DNA of 64,000 nt from Candidatus Aenigmatarchaeota archaeon (GTDB taxonomy: Archaea; Aenigmatarchaeota; Aenigmatarchaeia; CG10238-14; SCSR01). Position numbers and translations under genes: made by a program. The stretch is from positions 8,348-72,347 of the forward strand of contig JACPJU010000001.1 in the NCBI GenBank assembly GCA_016187385.1. The letters run 5' to 3'. Of the stretch, positions 47,334-57,274 are shown in pieces; position 1 is the first letter of the stretch; each line of letters opens with the position of its first letter. The notes below the pieces were generated by a model. That model was not told the DNA's origin, searched no databases, and saw only the letters and a list, made by a program, of their open reading frames with translations.

Positions 47334-47573
47334 TCACCTTCTGATTTTTTCTATAATTGCGTTTATCTCATCTCCAGTAGGTTCTGGTCCGTACCTGCGT
47401 GATGAAATAACAAACACATTGTGTCTATCGCGTCTGCGACCTCTCAAATTGCTTATGAGTGATTCCGCAGGACCTGTAAAATAGATATTTTTTCCACTGT
47501 CTTCTATACGACCCGAGTATCCTTTTTCATTTCTGCTTATATAAGCAACAAGAATATGCTCGTTTCTTTGCAT
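47334..47573 (-). CDS. Hypothetical protein
   Basis: 79-aa ORF. Confidence 0.5.
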   Translation of the reverse strand: MQRNEHILVAYISRNEKGYSGRIEDSGKNIYFTGPAESLISNLRGRRRDRHNVFVISSRRYGPEPTGDEINAIIEKIRR

Positions 47574-47580
47574 ATTATCA

Positions 47581-47694
47581 TTATCGTGCTTTCGAGCGTC
47601 TCCACCATTTGTGAAGGTTTTGCTTTTCCAGAATCATTCTGAATTTTTTCATGCCCTGCCTTACTCCGCGGAATCTTTTCTTGATGGTTACCAT
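47581..47694 (-). CDS. 37-aa highly basic small protein
   Basis: MVTIKKRFRGVRQGMKKFRMILEKQNLHKWWRRSKAR*; TTATATAAA about 20 nt upstream. Confidence 0.6.
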   Translation of the reverse strand: MVTIKKRFRGVRQGMKKFRMILEKQNLHKWWRRSKAR

Positions 47695-47754
47695 GATAAT
47701 AATTTGATTTTATATAATTTCTTGTTATTGGTGCTCATATGAACATAATGCGGT

Positions 47755-48339
47755 TTAATCGATTTTCAACTCACTTAAAAATATTTTCAGGGATTCCAGC
47801 TCAATACCTTTCAGTATGTCAAGCAGTGAATCGATAATCGGTTTGAAGTTTTTATTTCCAAGAGAATATTCTTCCAAGCTGTAAACCAATGCTTCGAGTT
47901 TGTCGGCGGCATTGACGATTTTTCCCTCGATGGTGCTGTCTTTTGCGTCTTTCCAGATATTTAGATATGAATCGGAAAATTCCGGCATATCCTTCAAAAG
48001 CTCTTTGCAGAATTCCAAGCTCATCGCCTTCATTTTTTCCGAAAATCCCGGCTCGCTGTATTTGAAACTATAGATCACATCCCCTGTTAGAGCTTCCTCT
48101 ATGTCATGCATAATTGCCCGGCGCAGAACCTTTTCTACATCAACTTTGTTTCCCGATTTAATTTCCATATCCGCAAGAATCATTGCGTAGAAAGCCGCAT
48201 GAAAGCTGTGCTCGGCGACATTTTCGTCCTTCAATCGCCTCAATGTGCTGAAGCGGACTACCTTGTCGAGATTTCTCAAGTTGGACAGAAATTTTTTGAT
48301 GTTTGGTGATTCAGTTGTCATAAAATCAATTGCCTTCAA
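47755..48339 (-). CDS. HD-domain hydrolase (YfbR-like 5'-deoxynucleotidase)
   Basis: ENVAEHSF, MHDIEEALTGD, AADKLE. Confidence 0.9.
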   Translation of the reverse strand: MKAIDFMTTESPNIKKFLSNLRNLDKVVRFSTLRRLKDENVAEHSFHAAFYAMILADMEIKSGNKVDVEKVLRRAIMHDIEEALTGDVIYSFKYSEPGFSEKMKAMSLEFCKELLKDMPEFSDSYLNIWKDAKDSTIEGKIVNAADKLEALVYSLEEYSLGNKNFKPIIDSLLDILKGIELESLKIFLSELKID

Positions 48340-48345
48340 ACAAAT

Positions 48346-48618
48346 TTAAAAGGAGTTTTCACTTTCTACAAAAATCATTCTCAGCCTACTCATCAGTACC
48401 CATGTTTTAGTGACATTTTCAAAATCATCATACTCGATACAACTTCCGTCAGGTAAGTGATATGTAATTTGTTGTCTGGTTGACTCTCCCTGAAAACCCA
48501 AGAATTCTTCTTCATCTTCGAGTGGATTGACATTCAAATAAACAGCATTTGTCGGAATGTTAAGTGTGATTCGTGGGCCCCTTCGTTCAATCTTAGGTAG
48601 GTTTACCTTTTGCCCCAT
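48346..48618 (-). CDS. Hypothetical protein
   Basis: 90 aa from MGQKV with GGAGGTG ribosome-binding site. Confidence 0.5.
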   Translation of the reverse strand: MGQKVNLPKIERRGPRITLNIPTNAVYLNVNPLEDEEEFLGFQGESTRQQITYHLPDGSCIEYDDFENVTKTWVLMSRLRMIFVESENSF

Positions 48619-48649
48619 GTACACCTCCGGTATTGAAAAATCGAATGTG

Positions 48650-50365
48650 TCATGATACATAATTATTGACCATGACGTGAACAAATCCCATAAACAATGG
48701 GTTGGGTTCCAATGGGCGAGATGTAAATTCAGCGTGGGCTTGTGTGGCAATAAAAAATTTATGATTTGGTAATTCTATAAACTCAACCAAATTTCTTTCT
48801 TCATAAACACCCGATAATGACATGCCATTTTCTTCAAGCGTCTTATGAAATTCAGGGTTCAATTCCCATCTGTGACGATGTCTTTCAATAACAACATCCT
48901 TGTTGTATAAATTTCTGACTAGAGAACCTTCTTTTAATTTTGCAGGATAGCCGCCAAGCCTCATTGTTCCCCCCATCTCGGAATTTTTTAGCTTATCCTT
49001 CTGTTCTGGTATAATGTCGATGACAGGGCAATCTGTACTGGGATTGACTTCTGTTGTGTGCGCTGTTTTCAGTCCGCAAACATTTCTCGCAAATTCCACT
49101 ACAGCCAACTGCATGCCGTAACACAAACCAAGATAAGGAACGTTTCTCTCTCTTGCATATTTTATAGCGGCTATCTTGCCTTCAATGCCTCTCTTGCCAA
49201 ATCCGCCAGGAACTATCACGCCATCAACGTTCAACAGCGATTCCTCCACAGTTATTTTTCCATCTTCTATGTCAGTAGCTTCTATCCATTTTATTCTGAC
49301 ATTGACACCGAAATACGGTGCCGAATGTTCGAGCGCTTTTACAATGCTCAGATACGAGTCATGGACGTTTGTATATTTGCCTACTATGCCGACGACAATA
49401 TCCCTGTTTCTACCTTTTATTTTGTCGACAAAACCTTTCCAGTTTTCAAAATTCAGAACAGTATTGCCATTTCCTTTTGGAGAAATATTCAAAATTGATA
49501 ATATCTCATTGTCCAATCCCAAATCACGAAGAATGAGCGGTATACCATAAACATTGGAAAAATTGTACAGATTGTATACACGATCCAAATCTACATTACC
49601 AAAGATGCTGATCTTTTCCTTAATCGAATATGGTATTGGTGTCTGGGACCTGCATATCATGACATCAGGTTGTATGCCTAGTGCCATTAACTGCCTGAGT
49701 CCTATCTGTGCCGCCTTGCTTTTGTATTCGTGGAGTGAATCCGGTTCGATTATATAAGTGACATTTATGAACATTACATTTTCTTTCCCTTCTTCATATC
49801 GCAATTCACGCATGGCTTCTACGAAATATGAATTTTCAAGATCTCCTACAGTCCCGCCCACTTCTACCAGAATTATATCAGCGTTTGTTTTTACAGCCAG
49901 TTCTCTTAAGAAATTTTTAATCTCGCCTGTTACGTGCGGGATGAACTGGACATCGCGACCAAGGTATTTTCCTGTCCTTTCTTTGTCGAAAATCATCTTG
50001 AATATCTTCCCAGCAGTAAGATAGTTGTCTTTTGTCAGGTTCGCATGCAATGCCCTTTCGTAAGAACCTAAATCTAGATCGCATTCTGTCCCGTCTTCTA
50101 AAACAAAGACTTCACCGTGGCGGTAGGGATTCAATGTGCCAGCATCGTAATTCAGATAACCGTCAAATTTCACAGGAGATACTTTAAGCCCGTGACAGCT
50201 CAATAATGTCGCTAATGCACCTGAGAATGTTCCCTTGCCGACGCCAGACATGACGCTGCCTGTCACGACAATGAATTTAGCCTTTCCAGGTCGGTACCCG
50301 TCAGGAACAGATGAATAAGTCTCGTGTTCGATTGTACTTTCAGCTAATGTGTTTTCGAGCGACAC
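48650..50365 (-). CDS. pyrG: CTP synthase
   Basis: TGSVMSGVGKG, HGEVFV..DG.ECDLDLG, GLCYGMQ, RHRHRWE, QAHAEF. Confidence 0.97.
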   Translation of the reverse strand: MSLENTLAESTIEHETYSSVPDGYRPGKAKFIVVTGSVMSGVGKGTFSGALATLLSCHGLKVSPVKFDGYLNYDAGTLNPYRHGEVFVLEDGTECDLDLGSYERALHANLTKDNYLTAGKIFKMIFDKERTGKYLGRDVQFIPHVTGEIKNFLRELAVKTNADIILVEVGGTVGDLENSYFVEAMRELRYEEGKENVMFINVTYIIEPDSLHEYKSKAAQIGLRQLMALGIQPDVMICRSQTPIPYSIKEKISIFGNVDLDRVYNLYNFSNVYGIPLILRDLGLDNEILSILNISPKGNGNTVLNFENWKGFVDKIKGRNRDIVVGIVGKYTNVHDSYLSIVKALEHSAPYFGVNVRIKWIEATDIEDGKITVEESLLNVDGVIVPGGFGKRGIEGKIAAIKYARERNVPYLGLCYGMQLAVVEFARNVCGLKTAHTTEVNPSTDCPVIDIIPEQKDKLKNSEMGGTMRLGGYPAKLKEGSLVRNLYNKDVVIERHRHRWELNPEFHKTLEENGMSLSGVYEERNLVEFIELPNHKFFIATQAHAEFTSRPLEPNPLFMGFVHVMVNNYVS

Positions 50366-50432
50366 AACAAAGTAGACTTCTGAAATTTATAAGCTTTTAT
50401 CCTGTCTACTACAATTTAGATTTTGTTGGAAG

Positions 50433-51125
50433 ATGCTAGAAGATATTGTTCTTTGGCGACCTTTGTATTATGTAAGCATTGCCATGTACATTTCAGCTTT
50501 AATTTTGCTTCCTTTCAGCTTCACGTGGTCTATAATAACGATTTTCGCTCTTATTTCACTTTGGAGCAGAATACCAGGATCTATTTTATACATTTTTCGT
50601 CAATTGGCATTGAACGATTTTTTCACTTTTATTGTTGCTGTTAATATAGGAGGGTTTGTTGGTGGTTTATTTGGAGTGTTTTCTTTTTTATTTTCACGGA
50701 TATTCTTACATGACGAAGAATTTTTAACTGATATATACGAATCAATAGCGATTTTTTCGGGTGCCCTACTTGTACCATTGATAGTTGATTACGTGGGTAG
50801 TGTTAATATTACATCATTTCTCATTTACGAAGGAATTCTTTATTTTATTTACTATTCGATTGTTTTGCTATTTCATAGGGACTGGATAAGTGAAGAGTTG
50901 GTTGAACTTCCTTTCGGTATTTTCTTCGACTTCTTTATGAATGGGTTTTTTATTGTAGCATTCGGGAGCATACTATCTGATTTGATGTCGAAAGGAATAA
51001 CTTCCGGTTGGCCATTATTTATTTTTACTAGTATTATCTTGTTTTTTATTGTTTTAGCTAAAATTGAAAAGTTATTAGCAAAAATTCCTTTCTTCAAAAG
51101 TTTTAAAAGAAAATCGGAAGAATAG
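50433..51125 (+). CDS. Hypothetical polytopic membrane protein
   Basis: 230 aa, very hydrophobic and T-rich. Confidence 0.7.
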   Translation: MLEDIVLWRPLYYVSIAMYISALILLPFSFTWSIITIFALISLWSRIPGSILYIFRQLALNDFFTFIVAVNIGGFVGGLFGVFSFLFSRIFLHDEEFLTDIYESIAIFSGALLVPLIVDYVGSVNITSFLIYEGILYFIYYSIVLLFHRDWISEELVELPFGIFFDFFMNGFFIVAFGSILSDLMSKGITSGWPLFIFTSIILFFIVLAKIEKLLAKIPFFKSFKRKSEE

Positions 51126-51140
51126 AAATAGTTTTGTGTT

Positions 51141-52283
51141 TTATCGTCCGAAAACTATCGAAACAACATCCTTATTTTTCAGCTTATGGTCTGATGATAA
51201 TCTCAACTTTGTCCTCGCATCTATTCCTGTTATGAATTTTTCTCCGAGTTCTGTGTGAACCTTGAACGCGAACTCTTTCGTAGTGGTTCCTTCTGGAACA
51301 AGAAATACATCTGGGAGAATATTCTTGTCCTTATCAACCAGTTTGTTGGCGTCAGTTACAGGATAAACTGCAATGTAATTCAAAATTTCAAACACAGATG
51401 TATTCAAGCATTTCTGAACACCTGTAGAACCATATCTGTCAATAACTTCCCTTTTAATAAACTCAAATGCCTTCTGCTGTGGGGTATCCAAATTTCCAAT
51501 CACTTCAAAACCATTACCTGTATGGTAATCCACCAGTTTCCTTTCTTCCGCTTTCTTCAACGCAATCTCAGATTCAGCACTTACTGGAATCACTGTATAA
51601 TCATTCTTCAATCTCTCGAAGTTTTTTCGTGCTGGAGGCAAGTCGATCTTGTTGGCTGCGATTATTATTGGTTTGGACAATTCCCTTAAGATTTTAGAAA
51701 AACTTTTCACGTCATCAATAGAGGATTTTTCAAGAGCATCTGACAGGTTTTGTTTTGTAACCTCCAATCCGCTCAATTTCTCATGCAGAAGATTAATAAG
51801 GTCAGCTTTGGAAGAAGGTAGCTTGAGTTTTTCTATGTTTCTTTTTATAACATCTTCGAACCAAGAGTTGATTTCATCTTCTAGAAATTCTATTTCTTTT
51901 TGCGGGTCAAATCCTTCTGTAGGCTTTCCTTCTTCGTCTGTCAGTCCAGAAGCATCGACAATCTGAACTAAAATCGAGGCTTGTCTTATTTCATCAAGAA
52001 ATTTATTTCCGATACCTCGACCTTCGTGCGACCCGGGGATTAATCCGCCTACATCGACCAGTTTAACAGGGACGAATCTTTTGCCGTCTTTACAGTGTCC
52101 GTGCTTAGGCTTACATTGAATATTAAACTCTCTACAAACACAATCGATTGTCACATGAGCCATGCCGGCATTTGGCTCTATTGTCGTGAATGGTATCGGA
52201 GATGTTTTGACGTCTATCATCGTAGCTGCTTTGAAGAAGGAACTTTTTCCCGATGAAGGCTTGCCCACCAATCCTATTATCAT
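51141..52283 (-). CDS. ychF: YchF-family (Obg-like) ATPase/GTPase
   Basis: GKPSSGKSS, PFTTIEPN, DVGGL, ANKID, TGS domain. Confidence 0.92.
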   Translation of the reverse strand: MIIGLVGKPSSGKSSFFKAATMIDVKTSPIPFTTIEPNAGMAHVTIDCVCREFNIQCKPKHGHCKDGKRFVPVKLVDVGGLIPGSHEGRGIGNKFLDEIRQASILVQIVDASGLTDEEGKPTEGFDPQKEIEFLEDEINSWFEDVIKRNIEKLKLPSSKADLINLLHEKLSGLEVTKQNLSDALEKSSIDDVKSFSKILRELSKPIIIAANKIDLPPARKNFERLKNDYTVIPVSAESEIALKKAEERKLVDYHTGNGFEVIGNLDTPQQKAFEFIKREVIDRYGSTGVQKCLNTSVFEILNYIAVYPVTDANKLVDKDKNILPDVFLVPEGTTTKEFAFKVHTELGEKFITGIDARTKLRLSSDHKLKNKDVVSIVFGR

Positions 52284-52335
52284 ATGAATAAACTGTTTGA
52301 GAAAAGAATTAAAAGCGTTAGTCACAATTAGATTT

Positions 52336-53064
52336 ATGCCTGCCATAGAAATCAGAAAAATTTCCAAGAAATTCAAAGTTTACGGAAATGAATTTTACGC
52401 TCTAAAAGACGTATCTATTGACATAAAAGAAGGTGAGATATTTTCTCTTATAGGTCCAAATGGCAGCGGCAAGACAACTTTGATTAACATAATTTTAGGA
52501 TTATTGATTCCCGACACAGGGTATGTGAAAATTCTAGGTAAACGTGTTGAAGATGAGAGTTCTCTGGAAAAAATGAACTTTGTGTCACCCGAAGAAAGAT
52601 TTCACTGGGTTCTGTCAGCTAACGATACATTAAATATTATGGGCAAAATTTACGGTTTGGACAGAGCTACAAGAAAGAAAAGAATCACTGGATTAGTTGA
52701 ATTATTCGGTTTGGGTAATGTTCTAAATAGGCGTTTTGATGGTCTATCAACAGGAGAAAAGATGAGACTTGCTTTGGCGAAGGCACTACTAAACGAACCC
52801 CAGATTCTTCTGTTAGATGAACCCACACTTGGATTAGATCCAGACATATCGATTAAAATCAGGGAGGAAATTAAAAGAATAAACAAATCTTATGGAACAA
52901 CTATTTTACTCACATCACATTATATGAAAGAAGTAGAGCAATTAGCAGACAGGGTTGCATTTATCAAAAATGGCAAAATAGTGCAAGTAGGTAAGACAAA
53001 CATGATTAGAAAAAAAGGTCAAAGCTTGGAGGAGTATTTTGTAGAAAAGGTTGAAGAGGGATGA
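52336..53064 (+). CDS. ABC transporter ATP-binding protein
   Basis: GPNGSGKTT, LSTGE, LLLDEPT, SH. Confidence 0.95.
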   Translation: MPAIEIRKISKKFKVYGNEFYALKDVSIDIKEGEIFSLIGPNGSGKTTLINIILGLLIPDTGYVKILGKRVEDESSLEKMNFVSPEERFHWVLSANDTLNIMGKIYGLDRATRKKRITGLVELFGLGNVLNRRFDGLSTGEKMRLALAKALLNEPQILLLDEPTLGLDPDISIKIREEIKRINKSYGTTILLTSHYMKEVEQLADRVAFIKNGKIVQVGKTNMIRKKGQSLEEYFVEKVEEG

Positions 53065-53843
53065 AACTAAATAGAATTCTTGCACTGATGTATATGGATT
53101 TTTTAATTTTCTTTAGAGTGAAATGGAAATTAGCAGAAATATTTTTCTTCCCGATAATTACGGTGCTTATCTGGGGTTTGTTCTCTGTATTCATGCAGAG
53201 GTTTGCTGTTGAAGCTGGTCTTATCGTAGTTATAATGAATCTGTTTTGGAGTTTTGCACATGTATCACAGACATCAACTAACATTGCTATGCTTGAGGAT
53301 GTATGGTCAGGAAGTTTTAAACAGCTTTTTGTGTCTGGTATCACTAAGTCAGAATATATAATAGCAAGATTGATATTCTCGTCCTTTGTCGCCATTCTGA
53401 TACTCTCGATAATATCTATAATGGCATACTATATATTCAACATAACATTACTAGCAGAGAATTTCTTTACGTTTTTAGAATTGATTTCGATAACATTGAT
53501 AGCGTCTATGGCTCTGTCGGTTATTATCGCGTCGCTTATTATTAGTTGGGGTAAAGAATATGGTTTTCTTGCATGGACTATATTACAAATTTTTATTTTG
53601 TTGTCGGCGCCTTTCTATACTGTAGATGTGCTCCCACAGACGATACAATATATTTCATATGTTATGCCATATACAAATGTTTTTGAAACAACTAGGAACT
53701 TGATAACAACGGGCTTTGTGGATTCTACCGTGATTTTGAAAGGGTTCATTATAGCTGTTTTATATCTTTTTCTTTCATTTCCGCTGTATAATTTTGCATT
53801 CAACAGAGCAAGAAAAAACGGAGTTCTTGTGAGATTGAATTAG
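53061..53843 (+). CDS. ABC-2 type permease
   Basis: 6 TM segments, LSAPFYTVDVLP, coupled to the ATPase. Confidence 0.9.
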   Translation: MKLNRILALMYMDFLIFFRVKWKLAEIFFFPIITVLIWGLFSVFMQRFAVEAGLIVVIMNLFWSFAHVSQTSTNIAMLEDVWSGSFKQLFVSGITKSEYIIARLIFSSFVAILILSIISIMAYYIFNITLLAENFFTFLELISITLIASMALSVIIASLIISWGKEYGFLAWTILQIFILLSAPFYTVDVLPQTIQYISYVMPYTNVFETTRNLITTGFVDSTVILKGFIIAVLYLFLSFPLYNFAFNRARKNGVLVRLN

Positions 53844-54205
53844 CTCTTTGCTATTATGTAAATCTCTTTTACCATCTTCTCTATATTTTGTATCCTTTGG
53901 TTCAGGATATCGTGACCTATCTTCAGGTTATCCATCTGTGTAATCAACAAATCTATCTTGGCCTTCAGACTTTCAGCAGAAACTGTTTCATTAGTAAGAT
54001 TCATTTTAGGTTTTTCCATCTCATATGAATAAGATTGTACAGGCGGACTTTCTGTCGGCGCATCGAATCTGGGATTTTCAGTGAATCTTGATTGGGGGCT
54101 GTCCGCATAAGGCGACCTCCTTTCAGAAAACGGCGGTAGATTGTCAGTAACTTCCTGTGCTTCCTTTTTTCCTGGAATTAGATTTTTGATAAATCCGAAT
54201 ACCAC
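53840..54205 (-). CDS. Hypothetical protein: amphipathic N-terminus, Pro-rich linker, C-terminal coiled coil
   Basis: MVFGFIKNLI...LKAKIDLLITQMDNLK...LNQRIQNIEKMVKEI. Confidence 0.75.
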   Translation of the reverse strand: MVFGFIKNLIPGKKEAQEVTDNLPPFSERRSPYADSPQSRFTENPRFDAPTESPPVQSYSYEMEKPKMNLTNETVSAESLKAKIDLLITQMDNLKIGHDILNQRIQNIEKMVKEIYIIAKS

Positions 54206-54209
54206 AATA

Positions 54210-54725
54210 TCACCTCATTACAGTTTCTGGCGCTATGCCGAGAGTCTTTTGGATAGCTCCAGCCAAATCAGTTGTTTTGATCCTGCATTCCTCTATCAGA
54301 TTCCTCCTCACATCGTTGTACAATGTCCTGAAGTAAAGCCATCTCATAGCTTTGGATATAGAACTCATTTCAAGTATTGTATTTTCAGGCGATTCTGTTC
54401 TCAGGATGGATCTCAGTAAAACAGTCATCTCCCCGTCTTTGTTCGGGTCTGATGGCTGCTTGCCCTGCATTATGACTTCCGCATAAACAACTGACCAGTA
54501 ATCATAACTTTTCTTTACTATAAACCGCGAGAAGAATTCCCTCGGCTCGCTTGTGATGTCCCATCTGAATTCCCTTTCCCAGACATCCTTTCCTCTGACA
54601 TCGAATATGTTTCGCAGAAAGGTTCCAACAGAGCCGTAAACTTTGAAAGGATTCGGACCTTTGAAGTCTATCCTCAATTGTCTGTCAGGCGCAAGGCAAT
54701 CGTCTTCCAAAACCCACATAGGCAT
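54210..54725 (-). CDS. Hypothetical protein, paralogue of 54731-55258
   Basis: Shared GPNP, EREFRWD, RTE.P and FR/YH..Y...R...EECR motifs. Confidence 0.8.
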   Translation of the reverse strand: MPMWVLEDDCLAPDRQLRIDFKGPNPFKVYGSVGTFLRNIFDVRGKDVWEREFRWDITSEPREFFSRFIVKKSYDYWSVVYAEVIMQGKQPSDPNKDGEMTVLLRSILRTESPENTILEMSSISKAMRWLYFRTLYNDVRRNLIEECRIKTTDLAGAIQKTLGIAPETVMR

Positions 54726-54730
54726 TTACA

Positions 54731-55258
54731 TCACATCTTCGGTAGCAGGTTGAAGAACGATTTTATTTCATCGCTGAAATGCAACAAAAGCTCCCTGCAT
54801 TCTTCAACGTACCTTTTTCTTATCGACTGGTATATGACCTTGTGGTAGAATGTCCTGAACATTTCATAAAGCAGGCTTCTCTGCCACACCGTGTCTTGGG
54901 GATATTCTGTTCTTATCTTGCCCTCGAATCTTATCCTTACATTCCCTTCTTTGCCAAATTCCTTGCTTGGGTGTATTGTTCCGTCGATTTCTATCGTTAT
55001 GTCCTGGAATGTGTGCGTGTCCAAGTCTTTTATGGTCTCGAACCTGACATGGAAGCTCTCGCCGCCGGGAATCTTGTCCCACCTGAATTCCCTTTCCTGG
55101 ATTTCCCTTTCCGTGATGCCGAACAGGGAAGAAAACAATTTCCTGATGTATTCGTAGACATACTGCGGATTCGGACCGCTGTATTCAAGCACGGCCGTAG
55201 GTCTTGGAACCAGACAATAATCATGAATCAAAATTCTTGTTCTTGCGAATACTGGCAA
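54731..55258 (-). CDS. Hypothetical protein, paralogue of 54210-54725
   Basis: YSGPNP, QEREFRWD, IRTEYP, VEECR. Confidence 0.8.
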   Translation of the reverse strand: MPVFARTRILIHDYCLVPRPTAVLEYSGPNPQYVYEYIRKLFSSLFGITEREIQEREFRWDKIPGGESFHVRFETIKDLDTHTFQDITIEIDGTIHPSKEFGKEGNVRIRFEGKIRTEYPQDTVWQRSLLYEMFRTFYHKVIYQSIRKRYVEECRELLLHFSDEIKSFFNLLPKM

Positions 55259-55301
55259 ATAACCACTAAATTAAATATGTCTCTTTAGACTAAATATAGA
55301 T

Positions 55302-55475
55302 ATGGTGTTCACGCGGTTGTTGGGATGGGGATTGATTATTACTGGTTTGTTTTTTGCGGTAGCAATGCCCGCAGTTGGAAAACAGGGTTACATGCCTGAC
55401 ACATTCGCCAACAGCATAGTTCTGATCGGAGCTGTCCTAACTGGAATCGGGATTTACTTGGTAGTTAAAACTTAA
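55302..55475 (+). CDS. 57-aa two-TM membrane protein (not in ORF track)
   Basis: MVFTRLLGWGLIITGLFFAVAMPAVGKQGYMPDTFANSIVLIGAVLTGIGIYLVVKT*. Confidence 0.7.
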   Translation: MVFTRLLGWGLIITGLFFAVAMPAVGKQGYMPDTFANSIVLIGAVLTGIGIYLVVKT

Positions 55476-55503
55476 TGAAAGATAAAACACATAATAATAA
55501 TGT

Positions 55504-57273
55504 ATGTCCAAAGTTGTAACTGACCCTATTTTTAATAAAGAGCCTGGTATGGGGTTGAATGCGAATCCATTCGAAGGAGAAATGCATATAGACTTGACGG
55601 CCCCCATGGGTGCGTTGTCGGGATTGTACTACGGACTTATGTTCCAGCTCGGTAAAGTCGGTTTCGCTACTTACAAAATCGAGGAAACGATCGACGTCAC
55701 TCCCGTATTCAAACAATATTACGATCTTACAATTCAACAAAAGCAGGCACTGGAAGCACAAGTGAAAGCCGGTCTTGGACAGATAGCCACGTCCATTCAC
55801 GATTACGAATTGATTTGGCACGACCTGAGAAAATACAAGGAATTCATGGATTATTACACAAAGATTGAACAGGGAAACAAGCTCGCGAAATCAAAAGATA
55901 AAAAAGAGAAGGAAGAAGGAGAGAAACTGAAAAAGGAAGGTCTGCAACTTCTAAGATCCGTTTTTATCGACCAGGTGGACGCGCATACAGGCGAAGGCAT
56001 AGCTTTGCGAACAATAACCCAGAGATGGCCGACCATAATCGTAGATTTCATGAGACTTGATGATAGTGATACTGACCAAAGAAAACTGGCTGAAAGGTAC
56101 CATATAACAGAAGCAGAAGGCGCTGTTCTTTCGACTAAAAACAAACTTTTTATTGAATGGAGGGATAATTTATTCAAACCGACATTGAGCGATAGATACA
56201 AACAAATACTACGACTAGTCGAAGCCCGTAAAACTTCCATAGAACAGTATACGGAAATGCTCAAGCCTGTAATCGGCAGATACAAATTAATTAATGACGC
56301 ATTGGAAAAACCGGAAGGTAGAACATTTGGACTGACAACTTTCTTTCAGCCGGGGGCACAAGCTTACTCGCTGGATTATAGTAGAATATGGTCTTTCATG
56401 CCGTTTGCGCCGGCCGAAAAATACAAGGTAACTAGGGATTACTTGGACGAGATCCCATTAAGTCGGACAGGCTTCACCAAAAGTGAAATCGACGAAATTA
56501 AAAACGGGTTTGAAAGAGCGGGAGACAAGTTGCCTAAATCGGTTTCTGCATTACCAGTCGAGCCGTCTATAGACAAAATTGTTAGGGACAGTGTAAAAAA
56601 AGTTGAAAAGGAATACAATGTAAAACTGACATTTAAAGATGTTTTTGATGCCAGGAACAATCTAGTCAAACTTTTTACATCCAGATCCATGCAGGTAGTG
56701 GGCGGAAAAAATGTCGGGCATGGTGGTACATGGCTTTTCAGCCCATATTTCATTTTTATAGACATGCCGTTTCTTCGATTTGTATACCATTCACCAGGCG
56801 GCGGGGAGTTTGAAGACTTGATGGTTGACAACATGACAGTCAAGAACAGAACTCAGAATGTAATTATTGTTACTTTGCTGGAGGTAATAGCACGGGAAAA
56901 ACAATTGGAAAATTACATCAGCCGGCTTTTGGGCGAGATGGGCGTAGTTAAGACCAAAGAAGGTTCTGTTTTGAAGACTATTGAAGATATGGCGAAAGAT
57001 CAGTATCCGGAATTTTTCGGCGGTGAAAGACCAACGGAAAAACCGAAAGGCAAAGAAATGACAGAACCGCTTAAGAAAGCACAGCATGCACTAGGTGATA
57101 TTTTGAGCAGCTTTGGACTGCGTTTCGACTGGCTTAGGGCAAGGGGACCTTATGAGTTCGCGATGGACGACAGGATAGCAGAAATGTTCCAGGTAGAGAC
57201 AATGGTGCAGGGTTATCTTTATGTCTTGAGATATCTGCAGCGCGGTGTCAATGTGCCCGGAATAAGGTTGTAG
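55504..57273 (+). CDS. Hypothetical 589-aa protein with helical/coiled-coil segments
   Basis: Long ORF with core-like codon usage, 1 nt from the next gene. Confidence 0.85.
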   Translation: MSKVVTDPIFNKEPGMGLNANPFEGEMHIDLTAPMGALSGLYYGLMFQLGKVGFATYKIEETIDVTPVFKQYYDLTIQQKQALEAQVKAGLGQIATSIHDYELIWHDLRKYKEFMDYYTKIEQGNKLAKSKDKKEKEEGEKLKKEGLQLLRSVFIDQVDAHTGEGIALRTITQRWPTIIVDFMRLDDSDTDQRKLAERYHITEAEGAVLSTKNKLFIEWRDNLFKPTLSDRYKQILRLVEARKTSIEQYTEMLKPVIGRYKLINDALEKPEGRTFGLTTFFQPGAQAYSLDYSRIWSFMPFAPAEKYKVTRDYLDEIPLSRTGFTKSEIDEIKNGFERAGDKLPKSVSALPVEPSIDKIVRDSVKKVEKEYNVKLTFKDVFDARNNLVKLFTSRSMQVVGGKNVGHGGTWLFSPYFIFIDMPFLRFVYHSPGGGEFEDLMVDNMTVKNRTQNVIIVTLLEVIAREKQLENYISRLLGEMGVVKTKEGSVLKTIEDMAKDQYPEFFGGERPTEKPKGKEMTEPLKKAQHALGDILSSFGLRFDWLRARGPYEFAMDDRIAEMFQVETMVQGYLYVLRYLQRGVNVPGIRL

Positions 57274-57274
57274 C

